In this document: in pieces, positions 36,549-47,363 of the stretch
How the letters are laid out: the number at the start of each line of letters is the position of its first letter
Position numbering within the stretch: the first letter of the stretch is position 1
Virus genome (UHGV): UHGV-1455077
Reading direction: 5' to 3' (one strand)
Source of the DNA: a virus
Length of the DNA: 64,000 nucleotides
Translations under genes and position numbers: made by a program
Notes under the pieces: generated by a model
Told to the model about the DNA's origin: nothing
Seen by the model: only the letters and a program-made list of their open reading frames with translations
The model's database searches: none

Positions 36549-36634
36549 ATTTAATATTATTTAAATTTTCCTATTGACAAATAAAAAACTGGTGTTAATA
36601 TAACATCAGTTTTTAACTTATATGGAGATAAAAA

Positions 36635-37171
36635 ATGACCACTTTAACAACAACAATTTGCTGGAATCCTTTTATCTTGAATGGCAGACGAGTTACTAAC
36701 ATCATTTTTTATAATGATGAAGGAATTATGTTTGAAACACATCGTGGTTGGTTTGGCAATGGAAATAATGTTTTCAGAACATTAAATGTTGGTGATGTTA
36801 AAACTCGTAGAGTTACTGCTTTGGAGAAAATGGATAAAAAAGAGAATTTCTGTGTTACAACAAAAATTCCTTATTCAAATGATAAAGGTTATGTCCTTTA
36901 CTTGTATGTTGATGGTGAAGGTATTCAACTTATTAAAGAAGAAGAAAAAGAAGAAATTTTTTCTCCTACACAAATTAGAAAATATGTTGAGCGTACAATT
37001 AGATTGTACGGGATTATGATTGATTTGGAAGAAACTTTAAAATTTATTGATAATGAATTTGGTAAAAAAGTTAAAGAATTTCAAAAAGAATTAGAAAGTT
37101 TTGGAATCAAACTTAATTGTTGGGATGCAGAAAACATTTTAAAACATTATGAATTTGTAAGGCGGTCTTAA
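36635..37171 (+). CDS. hypothetical protein
   Basis: 178-aa ORF with RBS tatggagataaaaaATG; promoter TTGACA at 36585. Confidence 0.45.
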   Translation: MTTLTTTICWNPFILNGRRVTNIIFYNDEGIMFETHRGWFGNGNNVFRTLNVGDVKTRRVTALEKMDKKENFCVTTKIPYSNDKGYVLYLYVDGEGIQLIKEEEKEEIFSPTQIRKYVERTIRLYGIMIDLEETLKFIDNEFGKKVKEFQKELESFGIKLNCWDAENILKHYEFVRRS

Positions 37172-37186
37172 TGACCGCTTTTTTAA
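37159..37186. terminator. bidirectional terminator between convergent genes
   Basis: aaggcggtcttaatgaccgctttttt. Confidence 0.65.
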
Positions 37187-37584
37187 TAACCATAAGCATA
37201 CCAAATAGTATGACGGTTATGATAACAAGAAAATGATGATGTTGTTCGTGTACCTCTATTTATTGTAGCATTTCTTGAATTGTCAGATGTGCTTGATGGG
37301 TCTGATTCTGAAAATAAAACTTCATAATTTGTTGTTGTAAATTCTTTTAACAATTGAACTGTTACTGTTGCACTAGTTCCAGATGTTATGATACTTCCTT
37401 GTTCAATCCAGCCATCTGACCAAACTCTATACCAATCATCTCCATTGGAATATGTTTCAATAATATGTTTATGTGATTCTAGTACACTTATTCTATTTGA
37501 TAATGAAGTAATATTGTTATTAATTTCTTCAAGTTTTGTTAATAATTCGTCAACACGAGAAATAGGTAATTTACTGCTATCCAT
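37183..37584 (-). CDS. small fibre/whisker-like protein (paralogue of 4590..4991 and 56649..57053)
   Basis: MDSSKLPISRVDEL... coiled coil, then WYRVWSDGWIEQG and C-terminal YGY. Confidence 0.6.
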   Translation of the reverse strand: MDSSKLPISRVDELLTKLEEINNNITSLSNRISVLESHKHIIETYSNGDDWYRVWSDGWIEQGSIITSGTSATVTVQLLKEFTTTNYEVLFSESDPSSTSDNSRNATINRGTRTTSSFSCYHNRHTIWYAYGY

Positions 37585-37626
37585 TGAATTATCTCCTTTA
37601 TTTCTATTTAATAAATAGAAATAAAC

Positions 37627-38160
37627 TCAATATTTAATGAAGTAATTAACTATTGAAGCAGGTGGTTGAACGGTATTTGATTTACCATAAATTGAATTAT
37701 ATGAATTTAAATTACCATTGATAATAATTTTACGTGGAGCATTACTTCCTGTATCAGCACCACCATTAGCATTTTCTATAGCTCCAGAATCACTTCCTGA
37801 AATAGAGCCTGTATTATTTTGTAAGCCAATAAATCTACCGTGGGCTTCTACTAAATAAAATGAACCACTCATATCTACATTTGGTAAACCAGCTTCAATT
37901 TCCTGACCTAAAGATTGATTATCATTTATCATTTGAAGAAATTTACCTTTGTAATTAGGCACATTAAATGTTGTTGTGCCGTCACCAAAGCCAAAAGTTG
38001 TTCCAATAATTTCAAATAAATCTACATAATCAGTTCTTGATACTTCCTGACCGTCACATAAAAGCCAACCATTTTTATATGTTCTTAATGAATATGTTAA
38101 ATCACCTGGTTCAACACCATCATCAATACGATTCATTTTAATTTTTGATATATCAGCCAT
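37627..38160 (-). CDS. phage tail-collar domain protein
   Basis: GWLLCDGQEVSRTDYVDLFEIIGTTFGFGDGTTTFNVPNYKGKF matches the tail-collar fold. Paralogue of 60506..61024. Confidence 0.7.
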   Translation of the reverse strand: MADISKIKMNRIDDGVEPGDLTYSLRTYKNGWLLCDGQEVSRTDYVDLFEIIGTTFGFGDGTTTFNVPNYKGKFLQMINDNQSLGQEIEAGLPNVDMSGSFYLVEAHGRFIGLQNNTGSISGSDSGAIENANGGADTGSNAPRKIIINGNLNSYNSIYGKSNTVQPPASIVNYFIKY

Positions 38161-38253
38161 ATTAACCCCTTTGAAGTTATTTAATAAATAACTTCAAACC
38201 TTTTTAATGATTCTTCAATGAATAAATATTTGTATAGTTTTAAAGGTTATTAA

Positions 38254-40923
38254 ATGGCTGAAATTTTAGGAAGTAAATTAAAAATTAATTCAATTGATAT
38301 TATCCCTTCTACCATCAATCATAATGATGAATATTTAAAAGTAGCAACGGATGAAACTACTTATGAATATGTTTCTAATCAAGATGTTAAAAATGAATTA
38401 AATATATCTTATGAAAAAAATGCTGTTGTAAATAAAGGTTATAATAAAACTTACGATTTATCTTTAACTAATTTCTCAACAGGTTTATTAACATCAAATT
38501 ATAGTAATGGTTTTGTTATTACAACAAATGGTTCACAATATGATAGTAGTTGGTCAGTATTAAATGCTTTCAATGGAATAATATTAGGCGAATGGTATTC
38601 CGCAAAAGCTGATAACATTTATCTTCAAATACAAACCCCTGTTCCAATGGCTTATACAGGAATATTGAGAAGGGTTATTGATTGGTATGATAATGTTAGA
38701 GCATTTGAACCTTTAAATTTTGTTGTTGAAGCATCAAATGATGGGCAAACATTTGTTGAAATGTTAAATCAAACAGAAGTATCATTAGCACCTGCAAATG
38801 TTTATGAATATACTTTTAATGAAAATAAAGTAAAATATTTATATTGGCGTATAAGATACCCAACTGCTGGCGTAACTGGACAAAGATTTTCATATTGCTT
38901 TTTAGGAGAAATTGAACCAAATTTGTTTACTCAAACAGAATATCAGAAAAATAAATTGGTAAAATTAACTCCATTTTGGATGCAAGAATTAATTACTTAT
39001 AGAACAACTTATTCAAATGAAAATGGAACTGTATCTGGAAGTGATAATATAACAGAATATAATGCAAACAATCAAATGTGGCAAGCATTTAGAGGTCGTG
39101 TTGATACATCAAATCAAGGTTGGATGTCAGCAAATACTCAAGCAGTCCCTTGTGATTTAATTTATACCCCAACAGAAATTTATACGTCAGGTTATTATTC
39201 TTTTTCATTTAGAAAAGGTATTTGGGGTGATACTTGGGGTTATACTCCTACTAATGTTGCGATACTTATTGTTGATGAAAATGATGCCGAACACGTAGTA
39301 TGGCATAGAGTTATGCATTATATTAATCCAGCAACATTTTCAACTGAAATTTTATATATTCCATATAATTTTAAACAAGTTAAATGGAGAATAATTTCAA
39401 AATATTCAACACACGTTTCAATGGGTTGGTGTCAAGTATTAAAATGTAAAAATGAAAATGAATTTAATGTTGGTACACTTAGACAAGATTATAATATCTT
39501 TATGGCTAATAAAGGAACAAATTTAAGAGCTGGTGGATATTTTCATAATCCGCATATTGAATTTAATGTTGATGAAAATAATCCATTAGACGTTACATTT
39601 CCTGATAATTCTAAAAAAACATTTACATCATTAAATGCGATAGATATTAAACCTCAAAAAAAATTTCGTTTAATTACTCCAAAACATTTAGAATCAGATA
39701 CATATAATTCAGCAATATTTGGAGAAATTAGTAATAATACAGATTATGTAAATATTGTTCAAGGAACTTGTACAGGAGTTGGTTCACAATTAGATGCTTC
39801 AAGATATTTTTGGAGAGCTATGTGTACTGATGTTAGAACAGCAGATGATTGTTGGCTTACTACAAATAATGGTGCATTAGGTGGCCCAATTTATAAATGG
39901 AATCAAATGAAGCCAAAAGGAAAATATGTATTTAAATTTAATACAGGTTGGTGGAAAGATACTAATGGATATTCTGCATCTGAAGTTAGAGTTCACGTAA
40001 GAAATGGCGATTCAGATGAATGGAAAACTGTTTGGAATGTCGTAAATATACCAGCAACTTATTCAACTTATTGGTGGTCACCAGTTATTGATATTAATTT
40101 TGAATTTAATCAAGTTTATTTTGAAATGGTATCACGAAACCAATCATATCACGGTGGTCTTGCTTGCTGTGCAGTTTTCCAAGAATGTGATTATGATTAT
40201 CAAATTGTAACTGGAGTTGCTGAAAAAGAAAGATATTTATTTGAAAGAGCATATCAATATGCATATGATTATCAAGAATCACAAAACCTTTATTTGAAAA
40301 AAGATGGAATAGTATATGGTTTATCAAATAATGTTTATAGACAAGCCGAACAACCAGCAGAACCAGTAGAAAATGATATTTGGTATGATAATAAACAAGA
40401 ACCATTAAGAGTATATCAATACAAAAATAATGAATGGATATTATTTAATGATGTATTATTAGGTAACTTTAATTTAATTAATGGTATGATTCAAACATTT
40501 CACGAAAATCCATATAATGATAATGGAACTTATAAAAATTCAGATTGTATTTGGTCAACAGAATTGACATTATCTGATGAAGCAACTATATTTGATGGCG
40601 ATGTATTTTCTATTGTTAATTTAATATCAAATGTTTATCATAATTTAAATATTCAAGATACAACTAAGTATAAAGCTGAATGTTATTTAAAATGCGTTGC
40701 TGAAGATTGTGGCTATGAACCAGGTGATATTGGTATGGGTACAGTTGTAATGTTAAGTGATACATTGTTTGCTCAACCAATACCATATTTAACAAAAAAT
40801 ACAATTGGTATTTGGACATCTAATTTAAATACTGGTTGGAGAGTAATACATAAATGGTCTGGACAAATTGTTAATGCAAATTGTAATAATTGGAGATTAG
40901 TATTTAAGATAAGGGAATTATAA
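38254..40923 (+). CDS. large receptor-binding/tail protein with discoidin (F5/8 type C)-like carbohydrate-binding domains and a conserved C-terminal module
   Basis: W..AF.G..W...........Y...........P..FVVEASNDGQTF patterns. C-terminal CGYEPGDIG...NTGWRVIHKW...NWRLVFKI is shared with the next two genes. Confidence 0.6.
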   Translation: MAEILGSKLKINSIDIIPSTINHNDEYLKVATDETTYEYVSNQDVKNELNISYEKNAVVNKGYNKTYDLSLTNFSTGLLTSNYSNGFVITTNGSQYDSSWSVLNAFNGIILGEWYSAKADNIYLQIQTPVPMAYTGILRRVIDWYDNVRAFEPLNFVVEASNDGQTFVEMLNQTEVSLAPANVYEYTFNENKVKYLYWRIRYPTAGVTGQRFSYCFLGEIEPNLFTQTEYQKNKLVKLTPFWMQELITYRTTYSNENGTVSGSDNITEYNANNQMWQAFRGRVDTSNQGWMSANTQAVPCDLIYTPTEIYTSGYYSFSFRKGIWGDTWGYTPTNVAILIVDENDAEHVVWHRVMHYINPATFSTEILYIPYNFKQVKWRIISKYSTHVSMGWCQVLKCKNENEFNVGTLRQDYNIFMANKGTNLRAGGYFHNPHIEFNVDENNPLDVTFPDNSKKTFTSLNAIDIKPQKKFRLITPKHLESDTYNSAIFGEISNNTDYVNIVQGTCTGVGSQLDASRYFWRAMCTDVRTADDCWLTTNNGALGGPIYKWNQMKPKGKYVFKFNTGWWKDTNGYSASEVRVHVRNGDSDEWKTVWNVVNIPATYSTYWWSPVIDINFEFNQVYFEMVSRNQSYHGGLACCAVFQECDYDYQIVTGVAEKERYLFERAYQYAYDYQESQNLYLKKDGIVYGLSNNVYRQAEQPAEPVENDIWYDNKQEPLRVYQYKNNEWILFNDVLLGNFNLINGMIQTFHENPYNDNGTYKNSDCIWSTELTLSDEATIFDGDVFSIVNLISNVYHNLNIQDTTKYKAECYLKCVAEDCGYEPGDIGMGTVVMLSDTLFAQPIPYLTKNTIGIWTSNLNTGWRVIHKWSGQIVNANCNNWRLVFKIREL

Positions 40924-42836
40924 TGACACAAGTTAATCCAAAAGTAGAATATGATAATTTAGAAGGATTTCCATCATATGATGGAAATGAAATTCATTAT
41001 CTTAAAAGTACAACTGATTTAGTTAATTTAAAAGATGTTTCTGTGAATGAAATTAAAACAGAAATGGATTTTAATAATCCTCAAAAATTAAATTATAATT
41101 ATATTCAAGAAGCTCCTGCAAATATTTTACAAGATATTAAAAAAGAAATTTTTACATTTCCTGTAATGACTGCCAACGAAACAACTGTTGGAGATATTAC
41201 TTATATTGCTTCTTCATCATCACAATATAATGATACTTATGCCGCTTGGAAAGCATTTACAGGTACATTTGCGGCAGAAACTGATGCTTGGCAATCAGTT
41301 GCATTACCAACTGTTGATGCTCCACAATGGCTTAAAATATATTGTGGTGGGCAAGATATTTTTCCATTATATTGGACATTTGGAAATTGTGGTTCTTATA
41401 CACGCTCAATGAAAAATTTTGTTATTCAAGGTTCTAATAACGATACTGAATGGACTGATTTAGTAACTGATATTAATTATTCAAATATAGCTAATGATAC
41501 ATTTTTTGTTTATTCAACTATTAAAAATCAATCATTTAAATATTTTAGAACACTTATTACCACAGGAAATGCAACTGATTTGGTAAAAATTGGTAATTGG
41601 TCAATGATTGGTTATTTAAATTCATCTACTATTACAATTCCATCAAACATTGATGAAAATAATCCATTAAAATATGTAGATGATAATGGTACTGTTCATA
41701 CAATTACAACTCCATTATCTATTAATGTCCAGCCAAATAGTTATACTAATATTGTACCTCATATGAATAGTAATGAAGAACAAGGTTGGACATTAACAAG
41801 TAATAGAATGAATGGATATGCATATGCTCAACCATATTTTATGACAAGTGGAATTAACACGCAAGGTTTTCATTGTAATACCGCTATTGCTACAAATAAC
41901 ATAAGCTATGTAAGTTATGCTAAAGATACAACATTTACTCCAGTAGCATTTAAAATTAAAAATAGATGGGATTATGGAAGTGGTATTGCTTATGAAGCAA
42001 TTATTGGTTTTAATGTTAAAAATGAAAAATCAAATGTTTTATATAGAACTAATCAACATTATCGTTTAGCCCAAAATACTTGGCAAGAATTTAAATTACA
42101 AAGAATTGAACCTTGTACTTCATTTATTATTGAAGCATTTAATAGTGATAATACAAATTCATATCATAATTATGGCAGAGGATTTGAAATTTTAGTAGAA
42201 GATAATAATGGTACAGATTTCTTAGAATGGAGTACATCATATATCTTTTTAAATACTACAACTAATCAATTGATTGAAGAAAAAGGTAAATTTACTATTT
42301 CGCAAATAATTCCAGCAACTCCTAAAAATAATGACCTTTGGTTAAGTATTTTAGATAAGAGCAGAGTTTATAAATTTGATGGTACAAATTGGAATTTAAC
42401 AACATATATACCCATTGCTATGATTGTATTTAATTATTATCAAATAGCAAAGGTATATAACTATCCAATAAATGCTAACTGGTATGATTTAACAACTAAA
42501 TCTATGTGGAAATCTGCGGAATTAATGCCTGCAACAAATGCGTGGATAATGTATCCTCATAATCAACAAATGCAAAATATTAAAAATAAATTTTATGACG
42601 TAATATTAATTAATAAAGTTGCTGAATTTGGCTATGAACCAGGTGATATTGCTGAAGGAATTTCTATGGATTATGTTGCAACAGATAATCGTTATCCAAT
42701 GATTTATTTAGATGATGAATTAATTGGTATTCATACTGGAACTTTAAATACAGGTATTTCAATACTACAAAAAAATAGTTCAACTGAACAATATATTACA
42801 TTAGCTAATTGGCGTTTAATATTTAGAATATGGTAA
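40923..42836 (+). CDS. receptor-binding/tail protein paralogue (discoidin-like domain plus shared C-terminal module)
   Basis: YAAWKAFTGTF...WLKIYCGG...FVIQGSNNDTEW; C-terminal FGYEPGDIAEG...NTGISILQK...NWRLIFRIW; ATGA overlap with upstream. Confidence 0.6.
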   Translation: MTQVNPKVEYDNLEGFPSYDGNEIHYLKSTTDLVNLKDVSVNEIKTEMDFNNPQKLNYNYIQEAPANILQDIKKEIFTFPVMTANETTVGDITYIASSSSQYNDTYAAWKAFTGTFAAETDAWQSVALPTVDAPQWLKIYCGGQDIFPLYWTFGNCGSYTRSMKNFVIQGSNNDTEWTDLVTDINYSNIANDTFFVYSTIKNQSFKYFRTLITTGNATDLVKIGNWSMIGYLNSSTITIPSNIDENNPLKYVDDNGTVHTITTPLSINVQPNSYTNIVPHMNSNEEQGWTLTSNRMNGYAYAQPYFMTSGINTQGFHCNTAIATNNISYVSYAKDTTFTPVAFKIKNRWDYGSGIAYEAIIGFNVKNEKSNVLYRTNQHYRLAQNTWQEFKLQRIEPCTSFIIEAFNSDNTNSYHNYGRGFEILVEDNNGTDFLEWSTSYIFLNTTTNQLIEEKGKFTISQIIPATPKNNDLWLSILDKSRVYKFDGTNWNLTTYIPIAMIVFNYYQIAKVYNYPINANWYDLTTKSMWKSAELMPATNAWIMYPHNQQMQNIKNKFYDVILINKVAEFGYEPGDIAEGISMDYVATDNRYPMIYLDDELIGIHTGTLNTGISILQKNSSTEQYITLANWRLIFRIW

Positions 42837-42844
42837 GGTAAAAA

Positions 42845-44551
42845 ATGGCAAATAAAACAAGTTATAAAAATGTTGAAGGATTAGTACCATTACAAAATAA
42901 TGGTGGTAAATTTATTGGTATAAAAAATAACCAATTACAAGCAGTATCTAATATGGAATTATTAGATGCATTTAATATTAGTCAACGAGTACCATTTAGT
43001 AAAAATGCTTGTTCTAATAATTTTATTAAACCATATGGAATTATTTCAAGTGGTAATGAAATAACTTTATATCCTATGAAATTAATGGATTCAACAAATA
43101 CAGTAGAAATAAATTTAACACAGACATTAACAAAAAATATGAATTTATTTGCTGAAGGTAATAATCAGGGTTGTAAAGATAATTCTTACACAAAATGGCA
43201 ACAACCGATTATGACTGGTGAATATGCTCCAATGGGTCGTTGCTATCAATCTCAAGGAACTATGACTTCTGCACCTTATATGGCTATGGATGGTATTATA
43301 GATTCTCCATTAAATCAATGGTTAGCATCAACAATTAATTCAACTTGGATTTATGTTAATCCTAATCCAATTATTGTCGAATCATTATATTTACATAATA
43401 CTAATACTATAAACAGAAGTAGAGATTTGGATATTTTTGTCAATGAAAATATTGAAGATAAAATATTATCTGATTATGTATGTTCTCCTGATATATACGA
43501 TGTCAATTATGTTAATATACCTTATGAAAATCGTAAAGAATCAACATCTATTGGTATATTAGTTAAAACTGCATTTGTTGGCACAACAGTTGGATTTACT
43601 GAAATTGAAATTAATGCAAAAACAAAATATGTTCAGCCAAAAACATATTATAATGTATTTTTAATTATGAATGAAGATAAAACTAAAGTAGATTTTATTA
43701 TTTCATCAGATGCAAAACCAATAATGCCAACTGGATTTGAGAATGGTTTTTATGCATATGTTAAACAAGTTCAAACTGATATAATTTATACAGTATTTGA
43801 AACTTCTTTAGGAGATGGATTAGTTTTTGATTTATCTCGTGATTTAATTATTACTAATTGTAACAACCAAACATCTATAATTACAAATGAATTACCAATA
43901 TTAAAATTTAATGATACTGATTTAACAAAAGAAATAATTCATACTGTTTATTGTAAAATGGATGGTACAGTATATGATAGAACATCAAAATTTTATAAAA
44001 ATATTGATAATTTACCAGTAGCCACAGAAGTTGGTGAAGTAGCATTTGTTACAAGTAAATATGCTGATGGTAAAGCATTTGAATGGAATGGTGAAAGTTG
44101 GGTAGAATTTAATGATGTTCCTTTATGTGAAGTTTATAGATATAATAATAAAACAATAGCTATAAATCAATTTCCTTGTAATAATAATTTTTATATTAAT
44201 GCTATTCAAAATAATGTATGGATTCATAAAGAAACATTGAAATTAGGTTATAATTATATTATTCCCCATAATTTAAATATTGAAGACATTACAGATTATA
44301 AATTTGATTGCCAACTTTTATGTGTAAATGCAGATGCAGGATATATGGCAGGAGAAATAGCTATGTGTCCAACACGTTTATTTAATACTTCTAATAATAT
44401 TAAAAATATTCAACCTTATTTAACTAAAAACTATATTGGTTTAATGTCAGGAACTGTTAATGCTGGTTTTTGGGTTGTACATAAAACAAGAGGTTATGCG
44501 TGGGATATTAATATAAACAAATGGCAACTTGTGTTTAGGATTTGGAAATAA
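42845..44551 (+). CDS. receptor-binding/tail protein paralogue
   Basis: C-terminal AGYMAGEIAMCP...NAGFWVVHKTRGY...KWQLVFRIWK. Confidence 0.6.
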   Translation: MANKTSYKNVEGLVPLQNNGGKFIGIKNNQLQAVSNMELLDAFNISQRVPFSKNACSNNFIKPYGIISSGNEITLYPMKLMDSTNTVEINLTQTLTKNMNLFAEGNNQGCKDNSYTKWQQPIMTGEYAPMGRCYQSQGTMTSAPYMAMDGIIDSPLNQWLASTINSTWIYVNPNPIIVESLYLHNTNTINRSRDLDIFVNENIEDKILSDYVCSPDIYDVNYVNIPYENRKESTSIGILVKTAFVGTTVGFTEIEINAKTKYVQPKTYYNVFLIMNEDKTKVDFIISSDAKPIMPTGFENGFYAYVKQVQTDIIYTVFETSLGDGLVFDLSRDLIITNCNNQTSIITNELPILKFNDTDLTKEIIHTVYCKMDGTVYDRTSKFYKNIDNLPVATEVGEVAFVTSKYADGKAFEWNGESWVEFNDVPLCEVYRYNNKTIAINQFPCNNNFYINAIQNNVWIHKETLKLGYNYIIPHNLNIEDITDYKFDCQLLCVNADAGYMAGEIAMCPTRLFNTSNNIKNIQPYLTKNYIGLMSGTVNAGFWVVHKTRGYAWDININKWQLVFRIWK

Positions 44552-44584
44552 TAAATATTCTATATAAGAAATGAAGGAAATTTA

Positions 44585-45316
44585 ATGTCTACAATTTATG
44601 ATATAGCTGGTACAACATCTGATGCTTTTAATCTTAATGGTAAAGTAACTTTCTTACAAGGTGATGAAGCTCCAGAAGTATATCAAGGTATTAATGGAGA
44701 TGTTTATTTTAGAACAAATGGTTTAATTTATTCTAAACAAAATAATACTTGGTTAAACTTATCATCTGCATCTTTACCTGATGCCGCTTCTGGTGCAGGA
44801 AAATTTATTATGTCAAATGGACAGAACTATGAATTTGCTGAAATACCTGTTCAAGATATTGCATCTAAAACAGAAGATAATGTATGGTCAGGTAATAATA
44901 CATTTACAGGTACAATAAATGGTATTTCAATGGGTTCATATTGGGGTGACTTAGCAGAATATTATGAATCTGATAATGAATATCCTAAAGGAACTTTAGT
45001 TAAATTTGGTGGTGAAAAAGAAATTACTATTGCAGATGATACTGTTAATGCTGTTATTACATCTAATCCAGGTTTTATATTAAATATGGGAATGAATAAA
45101 AAAACTCGTCAAGCAATTGCATTAGTTGGTCGTGTTCCTGTAAGAGTTATTGGTAAATGTAATAAATTTGATTATTTAACATTATCTGATGTTCCTGGTA
45201 TTGCAAGAGCATTGGAACAAAATGAATTTCCAATGAATGTTATTGCAAGAGCGTTAGAAAATAAAGATGAAATTAAAGAAGATTTAGTTCTTTGTGTGGT
45301 CAAACTTGACTTATAA
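44585..45316 (+). CDS. tail-fibre-like protein
   Basis: Sits in the structural block; Gly/Asn-rich beta-rich composition; followed by a terminator. Confidence 0.4.
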   Translation: MSTIYDIAGTTSDAFNLNGKVTFLQGDEAPEVYQGINGDVYFRTNGLIYSKQNNTWLNLSSASLPDAASGAGKFIMSNGQNYEFAEIPVQDIASKTEDNVWSGNNTFTGTINGISMGSYWGDLAEYYESDNEYPKGTLVKFGGEKEITIADDTVNAVITSNPGFILNMGMNKKTRQAIALVGRVPVRVIGKCNKFDYLTLSDVPGIARALEQNEFPMNVIARALENKDEIKEDLVLCVVKLDL

Positions 45317-45340
45317 ATATGATTATTGAAAACTAATTAA

Positions 45341-45376
45341 AAATCTCTTATGATGAATACCATAAGAGATTTTTTA
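45341..45376 (+). terminator. rho-independent terminator
   Basis: aaatctcttatgatgaataccataagagatttttt. Confidence 0.75.
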
Positions 45377-45395
45377 TAATAAATAGTTAATATAA

Positions 45396-46118
45396 ATGGA
45401 GAAAATAATGGTAGAGTTTTCATACGATTTAATAAAAACAAATAAAGTAGAAAGAAATGATGAAAATGGTAAAAAAATTATTGAATTATTACCACAAACA
45501 GATATTACATCAGACGAATTATTAGAATTATTAAATTATGTTTATAATTTAGAAAATAATGAAGAATTTAAAGATACAATTCTTTTACAATTAAAAGGCT
45601 TAAACAAAAATCTTTTAATTGATGCCTTTAAATATTCATTATCAAGAGAAGATTTAAAAGACCCAATAATGATTTTAAATATTATTAATCTTATTAAAAT
45701 TTATAATAATTTAAATGATAATTTCTTTCAAGATGAAAACATTTATATTTCTTCAAAAGCTGATTTATTAGATATTAAGAAAAATTTGAAACCTGAATTA
45801 AAAGAATTTGTAAAGAAAGTTAGTATTTACTTTTTATCAGTTATTAAATCATATAATAAAGTAACTTATACTTCACTTGATACTTTTGAAATATTACCTA
45901 ATATTTACAGAACTATCTTTTTATCATCAGACTTTTTAACATTATCAGGTATTTTTTCAGTTTCAGAACCATTTAATACAGAAGAATGTGTAACAATCAA
46001 AGATTCTTTTACTTATGTGTCGGCATTTTTAACAAAGAATTTAATTGGATTAAATTTTATGGATTCATTCTTCAAAAATTTAGAACAAAATAAACCTATT
46101 GAAAATAAGGAAGAATAA
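45396..46118 (+). CDS. hypothetical protein
   Basis: 240-aa ORF; ATGA overlap with the next gene. Confidence 0.45.
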   Translation: MEKIMVEFSYDLIKTNKVERNDENGKKIIELLPQTDITSDELLELLNYVYNLENNEEFKDTILLQLKGLNKNLLIDAFKYSLSREDLKDPIMILNIINLIKIYNNLNDNFFQDENIYISSKADLLDIKKNLKPELKEFVKKVSIYFLSVIKSYNKVTYTSLDTFEILPNIYRTIFLSSDFLTLSGIFSVSEPFNTEECVTIKDSFTYVSAFLTKNLIGLNFMDSFFKNLEQNKPIENKEE

Positions 46119-46765
46119 TGGCTGTACAAAAAGGTGAATTAATTGTATATCAGGATTTAATTGATTTTGTATTAACAAATATTAAATCACATTGTTCAAA
46201 TATTGATGCATTTGCAAGTAATGTTCCTGTATCTTTAAGAAATGGGTCAAGTTATGTATTAGCATCTACACCTGGTGGTAATGGAACTGTTACAGCCACA
46301 GGTACAGTTAATGATGGTTTATTAGTTACCGTTTCAAGTGCAACTGTTGAACAACAATTAAATGATTTTTTAGTTGCTAGAGGTATTAAAAATAAACCTG
46401 ATAGAGTTGTAGCATTTAAAGATATTATGAATTTTTACAATAATATTGCTTCATTTTTAGCTACAAAATTAATGTTTGTAAGTAATAGTTTTGGTAGTGG
46501 TACTTTTATTTTTTATAATAGTGCAAATACATCATTTCCTTCTGTTAATTTAGATATTACAAGTATTGATTTTACTAATCCAGAAGTTAAAACAAGTATA
46601 ACTGATTTAATGAACGCAATTAATAATGTTTCAAATACACATTATGCCGCTACAACTATTGTTTATACTTGTTCATCAAGTAGTTCATCTAGTTGTTCTT
46701 CATCAAGTAGTTCATCTAGTTGTTCTTCATCAAGTTCAATGTTTATTGCATATATGGATATATAA
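46118..46765 (+). CDS. protein A of a paralogous pair; C-terminal Cys/Ser-only tail (CSSSSSSSCSSSSSSSSCSSSSS); candidate substrate of the downstream radical SAM cassette
   Basis: Shares MA(V/I)Q..., NFL, F..TKL.F..S and YNSANTS/YTANTS patterns with the next ORF. The tail is encoded by a 27-nt tandem repeat. Confidence 0.55.
   Translation: MAVQKGELIVYQDLIDFVLTNIKSHCSNIDAFASNVPVSLRNGSSYVLASTPGGNGTVTATGTVNDGLLVTVSSATVEQQLNDFLVARGIKNKPDRVVAFKDIMNFYNNIASFLATKLMFVSNSFGSGTFIFYNSANTSFPSVNLDITSIDFTNPEVKTSITDLMNAINNVSNTHYAATTIVYTCSSSSSSSCSSSSSSSSCSSSSSMFIAYMDI
46670..46738 (+). repeat. 27-nt tandem repeat (~2.5 copies) encoding the CS-rich tail
   Basis: tgttcatcaagtagttcatctagt / tgttcttcatcaagtagttcatctagt / tgttcttcatcaagttca. 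Confidence 0.8.
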
Positions 46766-47316
46766 TGGCTATACAAAATATTACATATAATGAAATTGTT
46801 GAAGCAGTTAAAAATTATGCAAAAAGTAACTGTATGAATATTGCTAATTTTGGAGCTATTCCAGCGGCATTTAAAGCAGGATATTCTTTATCAGGAGATA
46901 TTAGTTCATCGGGAAATAGATATACATCTAAATATGTTGTTACAATTACTAGAGCTGTTTCGCAAGTAGCTTCAAGTGTAGTTGATACAGATATGAATAA
47001 TTTTTTAACAAGCATAAATGTTGCTAATAAATTAAATGACAATATTCCTGCAAGTGAATTTATTAATTTTATAAATGATATGGTAAGTTTTTGTTCAACA
47101 AAATTATGTTTTGCTACCAGTCAATATGATGGCAATAGATATTTAATTTATTATACAGCAAATACTTCTTATTCATCAGTAGTTTCTATTACAACAAATA
47201 ATCAATTAAAACTTATTGAAGCAAGTGATGTTAATTCAATCTTAAATATGCTTTTTAATGTTGTCAAACAAAATATTAGAAATGTACCTTGTACATATAA
47301 TATTGCATTATCTTAA
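46765..47316 (+). CDS. protein B of the paralogous pair (no CS tail); start at TAATG overlap (MAIQNITYNE)
   Basis: The track start at 46720 is an in-frame upstream Met inside protein A. Homology to A begins at MAIQ. Confidence 0.5.
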   Translation: MAIQNITYNEIVEAVKNYAKSNCMNIANFGAIPAAFKAGYSLSGDISSSGNRYTSKYVVTITRAVSQVASSVVDTDMNNFLTSINVANKLNDNIPASEFINFINDMVSFCSTKLCFATSQYDGNRYLIYYTANTSYSSVVSITTNNQLKLIEASDVNSILNMLFNVVKQNIRNVPCTYNIALS

Positions 47317-47363
47317 TTTTTTTAATATAATTATTTCCATAAACTATTTTAAGGATATTTTTT

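Noticed and set aside
46118-47316. Classical short RiPP precursor peptides
   Set aside because: Both proteins are ~200 aa with substantial non-repetitive N-terminal regions, far larger than typical leader-core peptides. They are better described as full-length proteins with a modifiable C-terminal tail, and only one of them has the tail.
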